This document shows positions 44,351 through 54,031 of a stretch of DNA of 64,000 nt, one piece after another (the stretch's first letter is position 1; the number at the start of each line of letters is the position of its first letter). The DNA lies in the NCBI GenBank assembly GCA_002348095.1, contig DDYT01000065.1:91526-155525 (forward strand), read 5' to 3'. Below the pieces are notes generated by a model. It did no database searches. It was not told the origin of the DNA and worked only from the letters and a program-made list of their open reading frames with translations. The translations under genes were made by a program, and so were the position numbers. This DNA is from Erysipelotrichaceae bacterium UBA2227. GTDB lineage: Bacteria > Bacillota_I > Bacilli_A > Erysipelotrichales > Erysipelotrichaceae.

Positions 44351-45060
44351 CAAGGATACGTCTTCTGATCGGAGATGAAAAAACGGATATTATTGCGAAA
44401 AAATCTGTCATGGTCGTTGGTCTGGGCGGTGTCGGCGCAATCGCTGCAGAGTCGTTGGCTCGTTTTGGCATAGGAAAGATCATATTGGTCGATCATGATA
44501 AGGTCGTCATGAGCAATCTGAACCGTCAAATTCATGCAACAACGGGTACTGTCGGGTTAACAAAAGTCAAGGCAATGATGGCGCGGATTTTATCGATTAA
44601 GCCGGACTGCGAACTTATAACTTATGAATGTTTTGTTTCAAAAGATAAGATTCCGGATTTGTTTTCCAGTAAAGTCGATTTTGTGATCGATGCTATCGAT
44701 ACAGTCAGCAGCAAGTGTGATTTGATTGAATATTGTCAGCATCATGAAATCCAGGTAATCAGTAGTCTGGGTATGGGGAATCGGATGGATCCGACTCAGA
44801 TTAGAATTGTCAGACTAAAAGACACTTATGAAGATCCTCTTGCGAAAGTAGTGCGTTATCAGATACGGAAGCGTGGTCTTAGTGATAAAATGAATGTAGT
44901 TTTCTCACTAGAGAAACCAATCAAGCAGACGGCAGAGTTAAATGACAGCGATATCCGAAAAGAGCGGATGCCACCTGCCAGCTCTCCGTTTGTCCCTAAT
45001 GCGGCAGGTCTTGCCTGTGCATCATGGGCCATTCAGAAATTATTGGAGGAAGAAGAATGA
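44335..45060 (+). CDS. tcdA: tRNA threonylcarbamoyladenosine dehydratase (ThiF/E1-like)
   Basis: [11 protein letters not shown] Rossmann motif, NLNRQ, about 240 aa, single domain. Confidence 0.75.
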   Translation: MDESLARIRLLIGDEKTDIIAKKSVMVVGLGGVGAIAAESLARFGIGKIILVDHDKVVMSNLNRQIHATTGTVGLTKVKAMMARILSIKPDCELITYECFVSKDKIPDLFSSKVDFVIDAIDTVSSKCDLIEYCQHHEIQVISSLGMGNRMDPTQIRIVRLKDTYEDPLAKVVRYQIRKRGLSDKMNVVFSLEKPIKQTAELNDSDIRKERMPPASSPFVPNAAGLACASWAIQKLLEEEE

Positions 45061-45563
45061 AAGAAATCGTTTTAGCAGGTGGATGTTTCTGGGGAGTTCA
45101 GGAGTATTACCGACGTACAAAAGGCATTATTGAAAGCAAGGTCGGATATGCTCAAGGGACTATGGAAAATCCCAGTTATCAACTGGTATGTACAGGGCTC
45201 ACGCACCATGCGGAGGTCGTTTATCTAAAATATGATGAAAACGTGATTTCCTTGCCTAAAGTACTGGAGCACCTTTTCAGAATGATCGATCCAACATCAT
45301 TGAATAAACAAGGCAATGACATTGGAACTCAATATCGCACAGGTGTTTATTTTATTGACGATGCGGATGAAACAATCATTAGGGATTACATTATTCAGCA
45401 ACAGCCGAAATATAAAAAGCCGATTGTTGTCGAGGTGTCGAAACTGAAGAAATTCTACCATGCTGAAGACTATCATCAGTTATATTTGGTCAAAAATCCA
45501 ACGGGGTACTGTCATATCAATATGGGTTTGTTGAAACCCGAAGAACGAAAAGATGTATTTTAA
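45057..45563 (+). CDS. msrA: Peptide methionine (S)-sulfoxide reductase
   Basis: AGGCFWG active-site motif and YHQLYL. ATGA overlap with tcdA. Confidence 0.9.
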   Translation: MKEIVLAGGCFWGVQEYYRRTKGIIESKVGYAQGTMENPSYQLVCTGLTHHAEVVYLKYDENVISLPKVLEHLFRMIDPTSLNKQGNDIGTQYRTGVYFIDDADETIIRDYIIQQQPKYKKPIVVEVSKLKKFYHAEDYHQLYLVKNPTGYCHINMGLLKPEERKDVF

Positions 45564-45625
45564 CAGCGAAAGCTGTTTTTTTTTGGAAAACACCGGGTAT
45601 CACAGTATATATTAAGGGTGATGTA

Positions 45626-46495
45626 ATGTTAACGGTTGAACAGCTGACCAAATTGTATGCAGAGAACAGCGGTTGTCAGAATGTATCATTAATATGTAAA
45701 AAAGGGGAGATTCACGGAATTCTGGGTAGAAACGGAAGTGGTAAGACGACGTTGTTTCGGTGCTTACTCGGATTGATCATGGCAGATAGAGGGCATATAA
45801 AGATAGAAAGCGCTCAAGAACGTATTCGAAGATTTGGCTATCTTCCCGAAGAGAGAAGTGTGATTGCCGATATCCGGGTAACAGAGATGATTGACTTTTT
45901 TGGGTCATTAAAGAAGATGAGCAGAGAAGAAATTGCAGTGGAAAAGCGATCTTGGTTGAAAAAGCTTGAGTGCGAAACATTAGAGTTTAAGCGGCTCAGA
46001 GAATGTTCTAAAGGCAATCAGCAGAAAATACAGTTGATTTGTGCAATGATCCATCAACCGGACATTCTTATTCTCGATGAGCCTTTAACAGGTTTGGATG
46101 TATCCAACGTTAAGCTGTTTAAGAAAATCATTGTCGAGTATGCGCGAATGGAAAAGGCCGTCCTTCTTTCCAGTCATCAATATGAAGAAATTGAGCCGAT
46201 ATGCGATTATCTGACAGTGCTAGAGAAGTCGAATGTTATCATTCAAGGGAAACTTAGTGATATCAAGAGAAACCATCCCATTAAGACCGTCTCGATAAGC
46301 GAAGATGCTCACATGATTTATGCATTACAAAAGGGGATCATCGATATCCGACAAGAAGGAAATACAACGAAATATGTTTGTAAAAGTGAAGCTGATGCAT
46401 ACAATATCGCATCTTTAGCTTTAAAAAACAGGGAGGGCAGAACGATTAAGGTCGAATCGCTTACGTTGAAAGATATGGTGGGTGATCAGCAATGA
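45626..46495 (+). CDS. ABC transporter ATP-binding protein
   Basis: GRNGSGKTT Walker A, SKGNQQK signature-like segment and ILILDEP Walker B. Confidence 0.85.
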   Translation: MLTVEQLTKLYAENSGCQNVSLICKKGEIHGILGRNGSGKTTLFRCLLGLIMADRGHIKIESAQERIRRFGYLPEERSVIADIRVTEMIDFFGSLKKMSREEIAVEKRSWLKKLECETLEFKRLRECSKGNQQKIQLICAMIHQPDILILDEPLTGLDVSNVKLFKKIIVEYARMEKAVLLSSHQYEEIEPICDYLTVLEKSNVIIQGKLSDIKRNHPIKTVSISEDAHMIYALQKGIIDIRQEGNTTKYVCKSEADAYNIASLALKNREGRTIKVESLTLKDMVGDQQ

Positions 46496-47679
46496 AGGCA
46501 CTGATTAGGTTTTCACTCAATCGGAGATTGAACAACCCTGTCTCCATGATGCTTTATGCATTTTCTTTTGCTTTGATTGCCATTCTTTTGTTTGCTGATG
46601 TGATTTTGAATAGTTTTGCTCCAGCTCTTGTAAATCCCCGTGCGATCTATATGAATACTGAGATGTTTGCTGTTCTCGGTGATCATCTGCCTACACATTT
46701 GGTTTACCAGAAGGATAAGAAACTTGCGGATATAACTATTGAGGTTAGAACAGATGGATATGTGGTTGAAGGTATACTTGATTATAATGAAAAGCAAATC
46801 ATTGATCAGCTCATTCACGGTTATCATCGAATCATTCAAATGGAAAGACTGCCGGACTACTTGATTTCTGTTGTCGATCAGGTGTTAATAGCTGATATTG
46901 CCTGGCAAGATTTGGAGGAATCAAAAACGAATCATCTGGGGTTTGTTGTAATAACATCGATCTATTTTATGTTGCTTAGTTTTTCGACAGCAGTGGCAAA
47001 TGAAGTTGTTAATGAGAAAACATCAAACGTCATTGAGGTGATCTTGACCTCCGTAAGCCATAAGCATCATTACTATAGCAAATTGCTGATTGGATGGTTA
47101 ACCATGGTGACACAACTTTTTATTCATGGTTTTGGTTTCGTTTTTTGGCTGATGGTTCGTACGGTGTATGATCAAGGATTCGGACTGCTGGAAATGGTTT
47201 ATCGCTGGGGCTGGTTGCAGGAAAGGGTTTTATCATTTGGTAGTTTGTTGTCTTCACTAAATGTCACAATATCACAAGGAATAAACGTGCTTTTGTGTGC
47301 GACATTTTTGATGCTTGGCATATTATTGGTTCAGTTGCTCATGGTACTGATATCTATCCATATAAACAGCATTGAAGAGGCCGCAGCAATACAAGGTCCT
47401 TTCTATTTGGGTATGCTTGTCATTTACTACATGGCCATTTTTATTAACTCGTCACAACAGTTGAATCAGGGAATCGGCTATGCACTTTCCTTTGTTCCGG
47501 TATTTTCAATGCTCTTTATGCCTTCTCGTCTTTTATCGGTAAATGTATTGACTTCTGAGCTTTTGCTGAGTTTGTTTATTGCTTTGGTCATGCTGATCTT
47601 TTGCGTTGTTATCGGACAAGAACACTACAAAAGGAACCTCCTTAAAGGAAGCTCAAAAAGTTCGTATGTGAAAAAATAA
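46492..47679 (+). CDS. ABC-2-type permease (NatB-like topology)
   Basis: One N-terminal TM helix, an extracytoplasmic loop of about 100 aa, then 5-6 TM helices. Start overlaps the stop of the ATPase gene (ATGA). Confidence 0.7.
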   Translation: MKALIRFSLNRRLNNPVSMMLYAFSFALIAILLFADVILNSFAPALVNPRAIYMNTEMFAVLGDHLPTHLVYQKDKKLADITIEVRTDGYVVEGILDYNEKQIIDQLIHGYHRIIQMERLPDYLISVVDQVLIADIAWQDLEESKTNHLGFVVITSIYFMLLSFSTAVANEVVNEKTSNVIEVILTSVSHKHHYYSKLLIGWLTMVTQLFIHGFGFVFWLMVRTVYDQGFGLLEMVYRWGWLQERVLSFGSLLSSLNVTISQGINVLLCATFLMLGILLVQLLMVLISIHINSIEEAAAIQGPFYLGMLVIYYMAIFINSSQQLNQGIGYALSFVPVFSMLFMPSRLLSVNVLTSELLLSLFIALVMLIFCVVIGQEHYKRNLLKGSSKSSYVKK

Positions 47680-47704
47680 ATGAAATGTAAACAATATATT
47701 TATT

Positions 47705-47735
47705 ATTTCACAAGATAACTGAAAATTTGTGAAAT
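47705..47735. promoter_or_regulatory. Perfect 9-bp inverted repeat; candidate operator upstream of the lipoprotein promoter
   Basis: ATTTCACAA (47705-47713), N13, TTGTGAAAT (47727-47735), centred about 40 bp upstream of the -35 element. No T-run follows, so it does not look like a terminator. Confidence 0.35.
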
Positions 47736-47760
47736 GTATGACAAATATTGAACGTACACG

Positions 47761-47789
47761 TTGACACTTGTTTTAATTATCGATATAAT
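47761..47789 (+). promoter_or_regulatory. Consensus sigma-A promoter of the lipoprotein gene
   Basis: TTGACA (47761-47766), a 17-nt spacer, TATAAT (47784-47789), followed by AAGGAGG (47799-47805). Confidence 0.8.
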
Positions 47790-47813
47790 TCACATTGCAA
47801 GGAGGAAATTTAG

Positions 47814-48800
47814 ATGAAGAAATTATTATTACTTGCCATTGTTGCATTAACTGTTATGGCTGGATGCACAAAGGCAAACCCTGTTTACAAAGTCGGTGTT
47901 GGTAGCGTTACAACGATCCAACCGCGCGCAGCTGTTGCTGAAACTGCTGGACGTATTCGTGTTAACACAACCTATGCTACAGTTGTTCTTGACAAGGACG
48001 GCAAATTCGTTTCTGTTTCTATCGATGTATCTCAACAAGATGGTACATTTGATGTTGCCGGTGCTATCGTAGCTGCAAATGCTGCTCAAACCAAAAAGGA
48101 AAAAGGCGCTGCTTACGGTATGAAAGGCAGTTCTGCTATCGGTAAAGAATGGGATGAGCAAATTGCTGCTTTAGAAGCTTGGATGGTAGGCAAAACATTG
48201 GCTGAAGTCAAAGCATTGCCCTTAACCGAAGGCAAGATCAAAGATGGCGAAGATTTGAAATCTTCCGTAACCATTACGGTTACTGATTACTTGGCTGCTG
48301 TTGAAAAAGCTGTTGCTAATGCAGTTGAATTACAAAACGTTGCAAAAGTTGGTGGAGCTTCCTTTACGACAATCCAACCGCGCGCAGCTGTTGCTGAAAC
48401 TGCTGGACGTATCCGTGTTAACGTAACTTTCGCAGCTGTTGCATTGGATAAAGACGGCAAAGTAGTTGCTACGATGATTGACGTTGCTCAAAATGACGGT
48501 ACATTCGATGTTGCCGGTGCAATTGTTGCTGCTGCCCCTGCTGCTACTAAGAAAGAAAAAGGCGCAGCTTACGGAATGAAAGGCAGTTCTGCAATCGGTA
48601 AAGAATGGAACGAACAAATCGCTGCATTGGAAGCTTGGGCCGCTGGTAAAACATTGGCTGAAGTCAAAGCATTGCCGTTAACCGAAGGCAAGATCAAAGA
48701 TGGCGAAGATTTGAAATCTTCAGTAACTGTTACTGTAACAGATTACTTGGCTGCATTTGAAAAAGCTGTTGCTGCTGCTAAAGACTTAGCTGCTAAATAG
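47814..48800 (+). CDS. Lipoprotein made of two tandem 152-aa repeats (possible FMN_bind-like modules)
   Basis: Signal peptide plus lipobox LTVMAGC. Two repeats are offset by 456 nt. Each ends in DLKSSVT(I/V)TVTDYLAA, resembling the FMN_bind D-x-x-S-G-A-T-x-T-S motif. Composition is rich in Ala, Val, Lys and Gly. Confidence 0.8.
   Translation: MKKLLLLAIVALTVMAGCTKANPVYKVGVGSVTTIQPRAAVAETAGRIRVNTTYATVVLDKDGKFVSVSIDVSQQDGTFDVAGAIVAANAAQTKKEKGAAYGMKGSSAIGKEWDEQIAALEAWMVGKTLAEVKALPLTEGKIKDGEDLKSSVTITVTDYLAAVEKAVANAVELQNVAKVGGASFTTIQPRAAVAETAGRIRVNVTFAAVALDKDGKVVATMIDVAQNDGTFDVAGAIVAAAPAATKKEKGAAYGMKGSSAIGKEWNEQIAALEAWAAGKTLAEVKALPLTEGKIKDGEDLKSSVTVTVTDYLAAFEKAVAAAKDLAAK
47886..48797 (+). repeat. 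Intragenic tandem duplication, 2 x 456 bp
   Basis: Unit 1 is about 47886-48341 and unit 2 about 48342-48797. Identical blocks include 41 nt (47916 vs 48372) and 26 + 44 nt (48195 vs 48651), separated by more diverged stretches. Confidence 0.9.
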
Positions 48801-48807
48801 TTCGCAT

Positions 48808-48835
48808 AAAAGGAGAGAATCATCTCTCCTTTTTT
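48808..48835. terminator. Bidirectional terminator between the lipoprotein gene and rarA
   Basis: AAAAGGAGAGA-ATCA-TCTCTCCTTTTTT. The rarA stop codon sits in the loop. Confidence 0.75.
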
Positions 48836-50082
48836 AGTGCCCGAATATTATGGCTCCTTTTCTTCTTTCTCAACTCATCAAGATTCTTGCTTAGTATTGC
48901 CTCATATGGACCGGATGATCCTGGGGTATAGAACTGCTCGTCTTTAATTCTTTCGGGTAGGTATGCAAGTTTAGGCCAGACATCCGGACGATCGTACGGA
49001 TAGCGTTCTTCATCACTGAGATCGACGGGGGTCAGTCGAAGGTATTTCGGGATTTGATGGTTTTCTTGATCAATCAAAGTTAAGGCGGTATCAATTGCAT
49101 GGATGCCGCTTTTTGACTTTGGTGACAGACATAAATCAATGACCGCAACACTTAACGGTATTCTAGCTTCAGGAAATCCGACTCTTCGAGCAGTATCGCA
49201 AGCAGCAATCGTTCGTGCAACCACCGCAGGATTCGCTAATCCGATATCCTCGTAGGCAGTTACCAACAATCGACGCTCAATCGAATCAATATCATTTGCC
49301 TGGATCAATCGTGCCAAATAGTATATAGCCCCATCAACATCGCTCCCACGGATCGATTTCTGAAATCCGGAAAGTAAATCGTAGTAGCCATCACCACTAT
49401 CTTCAGTATGACTTGATACGATCCGGACATACTGTTTGACAACAGAAAGAGTGATGTGATGATCACTTACTGATGTCGCAGAGATTTCAAGCACATTTAA
49501 TGCATATCGGATATCTCCGTTGCACGCCTTTACAATCGCATCAGCCGCATCATCATCCAGTTTATAAGTATGTTCGAAACCTTGGGGATGATTGAGTGCC
49601 CGATACAATGCGCCCTTGCACTGCGTTTCGGACAATGGATAAAACTCGAAAATATGACAGCGTGAACGAATAGCGGCATTGATGGCAAAGTAAGGATTAG
49701 CTGTTGTAGCGCCAATTAGCGTGATCAACCCATCTTCAATATGAGGAAGAAGATGATCTTGCTTGTCACGGTTTAAACGATGAACTTCATCCATGATAAG
49801 AACCAAGCCATCAGTAAGTTTCGCTTCTGCAAAAATCTGATCCAACTCCTTTTTATTGCCGGTGACCGCATTAAACATCCGAAACGGAAGTTTCAGCTGT
49901 TTTGCCATCGCAATGGCAACACTTGTTTTGCCGGTTCCTGGCGGTCCGAAAAAAATCATGGAGAACAATTGAGATGATTCGATACATTTGCGAAGTACTC
50001 CATCATCTTTTACAAGATGGTCTTGCCCAATGATATCGTCAAGATGATTTGGTCGAATCCTGAATGCTAAGGGTTGTTTCAT
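48820..50082 (-). CDS. rarA: Replication-associated recombination protein A (AAA+ ATPase)
   Basis: GPPGTGKTS Walker A, LIMDEVHRLN, and C-terminal MgsA region (FQKSIRGSD). The start is placed at ATG 50082 after AGGAGTG. Confidence 0.9.
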   Translation of the reverse strand: MKQPLAFRIRPNHLDDIIGQDHLVKDDGVLRKCIESSQLFSMIFFGPPGTGKTSVAIAMAKQLKLPFRMFNAVTGNKKELDQIFAEAKLTDGLVLIMDEVHRLNRDKQDHLLPHIEDGLITLIGATTANPYFAINAAIRSRCHIFEFYPLSETQCKGALYRALNHPQGFEHTYKLDDDAADAIVKACNGDIRYALNVLEISATSVSDHHITLSVVKQYVRIVSSHTEDSGDGYYDLLSGFQKSIRGSDVDGAIYYLARLIQANDIDSIERRLLVTAYEDIGLANPAVVARTIAACDTARRVGFPEARIPLSVAVIDLCLSPKSKSGIHAIDTALTLIDQENHQIPKYLRLTPVDLSDEERYPYDRPDVWPKLAYLPERIKDEQFYTPGSSGPYEAILSKNLDELRKKKRSHNIRALKKER

Positions 50083-50159
50083 TAAAATCACTCCTATAAG
50101 TATTTTAACAGAAGCAAAAAGATAGTAAAATGAAGATACGGAAATTAAAGAGGTATATC

Positions 50160-50600
50160 ATGCAGATCGTATTACAACGTGTCAAAAGCGCGAGTGTCAA
50201 GGTTGATGATCAGATTGTCGGATCCATCGAGACTGGTTATCTTCTGCTTGTCGGTGTTGAAACTACCGACACGGAAGAAATCATTGAGAAGAACGCCCGC
50301 AAGATTGCCGGTTTACGTATCTTTGAAGATGAACAAGGGAAAATGAATCTGAATATATTACAAACAGGGGGATCGATCCTGAGTGTTTCTCAGTTCACAT
50401 TATGCGCAAACATGGAAAAGGGAAATCGGCCGGGTTTTGATCGGGCAGCACAACCTTCGCAAGCAATTCCGTTGTTTGATTTGTTCAATCAACGGTTGAG
50501 GGAGCAAGGCATTACTGTTGAAACAGGTATATTTAAGGCTTACATGGAAGTTTCGTTGGTTAATGACGGCCCTGTGACTTTCGTGATCAACCATTCTTAG
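50160..50600 (+). CDS. dtd: D-aminoacyl-tRNA deacylase
   Basis: MQIVLQRV, SQFTL and NDGPVTF signatures. The start is placed at ATG 50160. Confidence 0.9.
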   Translation: MQIVLQRVKSASVKVDDQIVGSIETGYLLLVGVETTDTEEIIEKNARKIAGLRIFEDEQGKMNLNILQTGGSILSVSQFTLCANMEKGNRPGFDRAAQPSQAIPLFDLFNQRLREQGITVETGIFKAYMEVSLVNDGPVTFVINHS

Positions 50601-50610
50601 GAGGAACAAG

Positions 50611-51456
50611 ATGGCAGAAATACTTGATGGCAAGTGGTTATCGTCCACGATCAGAGAAGAAATCAAAGAAAAAGTTAAGAAGTTGAAAGGTAAACGATTA
50701 CCTAAGCTGGTAGTCGTGTTGGTAGGTGATGATCCTGCATCGCATACGTATGTCAATGCGAAGGAAAAAGCATGCAAAGAAGCAGGTTTTGTTTCCCAGG
50801 TTCATCGATTAAATGCAGATATTACAAACGATGAACTTTTATCACTGATCAAACAGTTGAATGAAGATGTGTCAGTAGACGGTATTTTGGTTCAAATGCC
50901 GATACCCAAACATTTGGATAGCAAAGCAGTTATCTTAACCATCGATCCAGGCAAGGATGTGGATGGATTTCATCCCATTAATGTGGGAAAGTTGCACAGC
51001 AATGAAAAGACATTTGTACCATGCACGCCTTTGGGAGTAATGAAATTGCTGGAAGCATACAACATTGATGTAACCGGAATGAATACGGTCGTTTTAGGTC
51101 GCAGTCACTTGGTTGGTCGTCCTGTAGCTCAACTTCTGGTCAATGCGAATGCAACGGTCACGATCTGTCATTCACGTTCGAAGCATATTGATGAGATTTG
51201 TCGCAGAGCCGATTTGGTTGTTGCCGCTGTCGGTGTACCGCACTTCGTTAAGAAAGATTGGATTAAAAAAGGAGCTGTCGTTGTCGATGTAGGTATTCAT
51301 CGGGATACCGAAGGCAAAATCATCGGTGATGTTGTATCGGAGGCAATGGAAGTAGCATCTTACATGACCCCGGTTCCCAAAGGTGTCGGTCCGATGACGA
51401 TTGCTATGTTACTATCCAATACATGGGATGCTTTTGAGCAACACACGAAAGGATGA
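50611..51456 (+). CDS. folD: Bifunctional methylenetetrahydrofolate dehydrogenase/cyclohydrolase
   Basis: VGDDPASHTYV, VQMPIP, GRSHLVGRP and PVPKGVGPMT motifs. Confidence 0.95.
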   Translation: MAEILDGKWLSSTIREEIKEKVKKLKGKRLPKLVVVLVGDDPASHTYVNAKEKACKEAGFVSQVHRLNADITNDELLSLIKQLNEDVSVDGILVQMPIPKHLDSKAVILTIDPGKDVDGFHPINVGKLHSNEKTFVPCTPLGVMKLLEAYNIDVTGMNTVVLGRSHLVGRPVAQLLVNANATVTICHSRSKHIDEICRRADLVVAAVGVPHFVKKDWIKKGAVVVDVGIHRDTEGKIIGDVVSEAMEVASYMTPVPKGVGPMTIAMLLSNTWDAFEQHTKG

Positions 51457-51668
51457 AGCTGATGATAGAATACGATATTGACGATATTATCGAGATGAAA
51501 AAAGAACATCCGTGCTATAAATCGAAACAGTGGAAAATCATTCGAATGGGAGCGGATATCAAAATTAAGTGTCTCGGTTGCGGTGCTGCAGTCATGTTTG
51601 ATCGCAGTGATTTTGAGAAGAAACTGAAAAAGGTTATAAAAAGAGCGTCAACAGAAAGCAATGATTGA
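51453..51668 (+). CDS. DUF951-family small protein (YyzM-like)
   Basis: 71 aa with MKKEHPC...CLGCG cysteine pairs. It sits immediately upstream of ychF, as yyzM does in Bacillus. Confidence 0.65.
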   Translation: MKLMIEYDIDDIIEMKKEHPCYKSKQWKIIRMGADIKIKCLGCGAAVMFDRSDFEKKLKKVIKRASTESND

Positions 51669-51720
51669 AGTTTGCATGGTAATTGTGTAAACTATAGTGG
51701 TTGTTTGAAAGGATGATCTT

Positions 51721-52821
51721 ATGCCTCTAACTGCCGGAATCGTCGGATTACCGAATGTCGGTAAATCCACCTTGTTTAATGCTATTACTCAATCTCAAGT
51801 CGAAGCAGCCAACTACCCCTTTGCGACCATTGCGCCGAACGTCGGTGTCGTTGAAGTACCGGATGACCGATTGGATTTTTTGGCTAAGCATTTTAATCCC
51901 AAAAAGATGATTCATACAACTTTTGAATTTACGGATATTGCCGGTCTGGTCAAAGGAGCCTCAAAGGGTGAAGGGCTGGGTAACCAGTTTCTTTCCCATA
52001 TTCGCGAAGTCGATGCTATTTGTCATGTTGTCCGCTGTTTTGAAGACGATCAAATCATGCATGTTGAAGGTAAGGTCGATGCGATTCGTGATATCGAAAT
52101 TATTCACATCGAATTGGCCTTGGCAGATTTGTCAACAGTTGAAAACCGTATTGGCAAAGTCGAAAGAAAAGCGAAGACCAATGACAAAGAAGCCATCATG
52201 GAGCTCGCTTTATTGAAACGATTGCAGCAATTGCTTCTGAATGGTCAGATGGCAAGAAGTATGGACATGACCGCAGAAGAAGCGCAGATCTTGAAGAGTT
52301 TTCACTTACTGACTGCGAAACCGGTCATCTATATTGCGAATATGTCTGATGAAGATGTTATCCGACCGGACTCAAATGAGCAGTACCGCAAAGTCGTCGA
52401 ATATGCACAAGCTGAGAATAATCAAGTCATTCCCATTTGCGCAAAGATCGAAGAAGAGCTGGCAATGCTTGATAAAGACGAAAAGTTGGCTTTTCTTCAA
52501 GAGTTAGGTATCGAACAATCGGGATTGGATAAAATCATCTGGTCAGCATATAAACTTCTTGGCTTATGTACCTTCTTTACAGCCGGGCCACAGGAAGTCA
52601 GAGCTTGGACGTTTGTTCAAGGCACTAAAGCACCGGCGGCTGCCGGGATTATCCACTCTGATTTTCAACGGGGGTTCATCAAGGCCGAAACATATTCGTT
52701 CACTGATTTTGCGACTTACAAGCTGGAATCCGCACTAAAAGAAGCCGGGAAATTGCGTATTGAAGGTAAAGAATATATTGTTCAAGACGGAGATGTCCTT
52801 CATTTTCGGTTTAATGTCTGA
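51721..52821 (+). CDS. ychF: Ribosome-binding ATPase YchF
   Basis: [14 protein letters not shown]1, [11 protein letters not shown]3, and a C-terminal TGS-like YchF domain (RAWT...[10 protein letters not shown]). Confidence 0.95.
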   Translation: MPLTAGIVGLPNVGKSTLFNAITQSQVEAANYPFATIAPNVGVVEVPDDRLDFLAKHFNPKKMIHTTFEFTDIAGLVKGASKGEGLGNQFLSHIREVDAICHVVRCFEDDQIMHVEGKVDAIRDIEIIHIELALADLSTVENRIGKVERKAKTNDKEAIMELALLKRLQQLLLNGQMARSMDMTAEEAQILKSFHLLTAKPVIYIANMSDEDVIRPDSNEQYRKVVEYAQAENNQVIPICAKIEEELAMLDKDEKLAFLQELGIEQSGLDKIIWSAYKLLGLCTFFTAGPQEVRAWTFVQGTKAPAAAGIIHSDFQRGFIKAETYSFTDFATYKLESALKEAGKLRIEGKEYIVQDGDVLHFRFNV

Positions 52822-52885
52822 TGTCAGTGGATGAAGTTTTCAAAAATCTGTGCTAAAATGGTAGTACAGACAAGGAGGAATAATC

Positions 52886-53209
52886 ATGAAATTAATCTTA
52901 GCGATCGTTTCCAATGATGACAGTTCAAGCGTTTCTGCAGCTTTAACCAAAGAAAACTATTCTGTAACCCGATTGGCTACGACCGGTGGATTTCTACGGT
53001 CGGGGAATACAACGATCATCGTAGGTACCGAGGATGACCGAGTGGAACATGCGATTGAACTGATTGGTAACGAAAGTAAGCGAAGAACGGAAATCGTACC
53101 CTCCACGGCATCGTATGATATCGGGCGATATGCTTCATTCCCTGTGGAAGTTCAGGTTGGAGGAGCGACGATTTTTGTCTTGGATATCGAACAGTTTGTT
53201 AAGTTATAA
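52886..53209 (+). CDS. darA: PII-like cyclic-di-AMP receptor (DarA/PstA, YaaQ family)
   Basis: 107 aa, MKLILAIV...TRLATTGGFLRSGNTT signature. Confidence 0.8.
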   Translation: MKLILAIVSNDDSSSVSAALTKENYSVTRLATTGGFLRSGNTTIIVGTEDDRVEHAIELIGNESKRRTEIVPSTASYDIGRYASFPVEVQVGGATIFVLDIEQFVKL

Positions 53210-53214
53210 TAATT

Positions 53215-53242
53215 AAAGGCGAATCTTATCAAATTCGCCTTT
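53215..53242. terminator. Bidirectional terminator
   Basis: AAAGGCGAAT-CTTATCAA-ATTCGCCTTT followed by CTTTTTT. Confidence 0.75.
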
Positions 53243-53254
53243 CTTTTTTACTGT

Positions 53255-54031
53255 TTACTTCATGAAATCGAGGATAGCTTCTTCGATTTCTTTTTCTTGG
53301 AGTTTTTCGAGCAATAACAACAGAAATTCACATCGCTTCTCTTCATTTGCCCCATAGTTATCGCGACCCGGGAAGGTATTATCCGCTTTTCCGGTGTAAT
53401 ACATGATATCACCATTATCAAGCAGAACGATCAGCCATCGAACACCGATATTGGTGATCATCAGTCCCATTAACTCGAGGGTATATCCTTTGTTTAAGAC
53501 ATAAAACTCGCTTTCATTGAGTAAAACTCCGTGGACAGACCGCAGCAAGTTAGCATTGGGGAATGTGTGATTAAAAATCCATCGAACTTTTGGAGCCCTG
53601 CGGAAGACAACTTCGAGGAATTTCTCGTTTCTCTCACTAAGAATACCATAATCACAGTGAGCTATCGCAGCAAATGGTAGATCATCGTCTTCTTTGAATG
53701 TGGATAATGAATCATTGACGGATAAAACGTATTCGTGTTCGTTTGTGCGAATGACAGTCTCACTGGTCAAAGGGACATCCATTTGTTTTGCGTAAACAAA
53801 ACACCCTTTTTCTTCAAGTTCATTCTGACAAGTCAAAGAGGGAAAATCATTGCCTAGTTTCGTCATCAGATGTGTCTGCCAATGACGTTCTAAAAAGAGA
53901 TTAACAAGAACGGATGTGGATCCGCCGATCTCATCAGAAACGATTGCTGACTGATAGGGAAGAAGGGTTGAGTGAGGCGTTGTAAAAATTTGCCTTTGAG
54001 CAAAAGTACCGAAAATTACAATGGATTTCAT
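53255..54031 (-). CDS. Divergent PfkB/ribokinase-like protein with degenerate catalytic motifs
   Basis: The layout matches the PfkB fold (IVIFG..., IGGSTSV, WLIVLLDNGD). The C-terminal anion-hole motif reads DNYGANE where DTxGAGD is expected. The start is placed at ATG 54031 after AGGAGG. Confidence 0.4.
   Translation of the reverse strand: MKSIVIFGTFAQRQIFTTPHSTLLPYQSAIVSDEIGGSTSVLVNLFLERHWQTHLMTKLGNDFPSLTCQNELEEKGCFVYAKQMDVPLTSETVIRTNEHEYVLSVNDSLSTFKEDDDLPFAAIAHCDYGILSERNEKFLEVVFRRAPKVRWIFNHTFPNANLLRSVHGVLLNESEFYVLNKGYTLELMGLMITNIGVRWLIVLLDNGDIMYYTGKADNTFPGRDNYGANEEKRCEFLLLLLEKLQEKEIEEAILDFMK

Noticed and set aside
45626-47679. Idea that the ABC-2 transporter and the downstream duplicated lipoprotein form one uptake system
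   Set aside because: The lipoprotein has its own consensus promoter 80 bp downstream of the permease stop. ABC-2/NatB-type permeases are exporters that do not use substrate-binding lipoproteins. Adjacency alone is insufficient.
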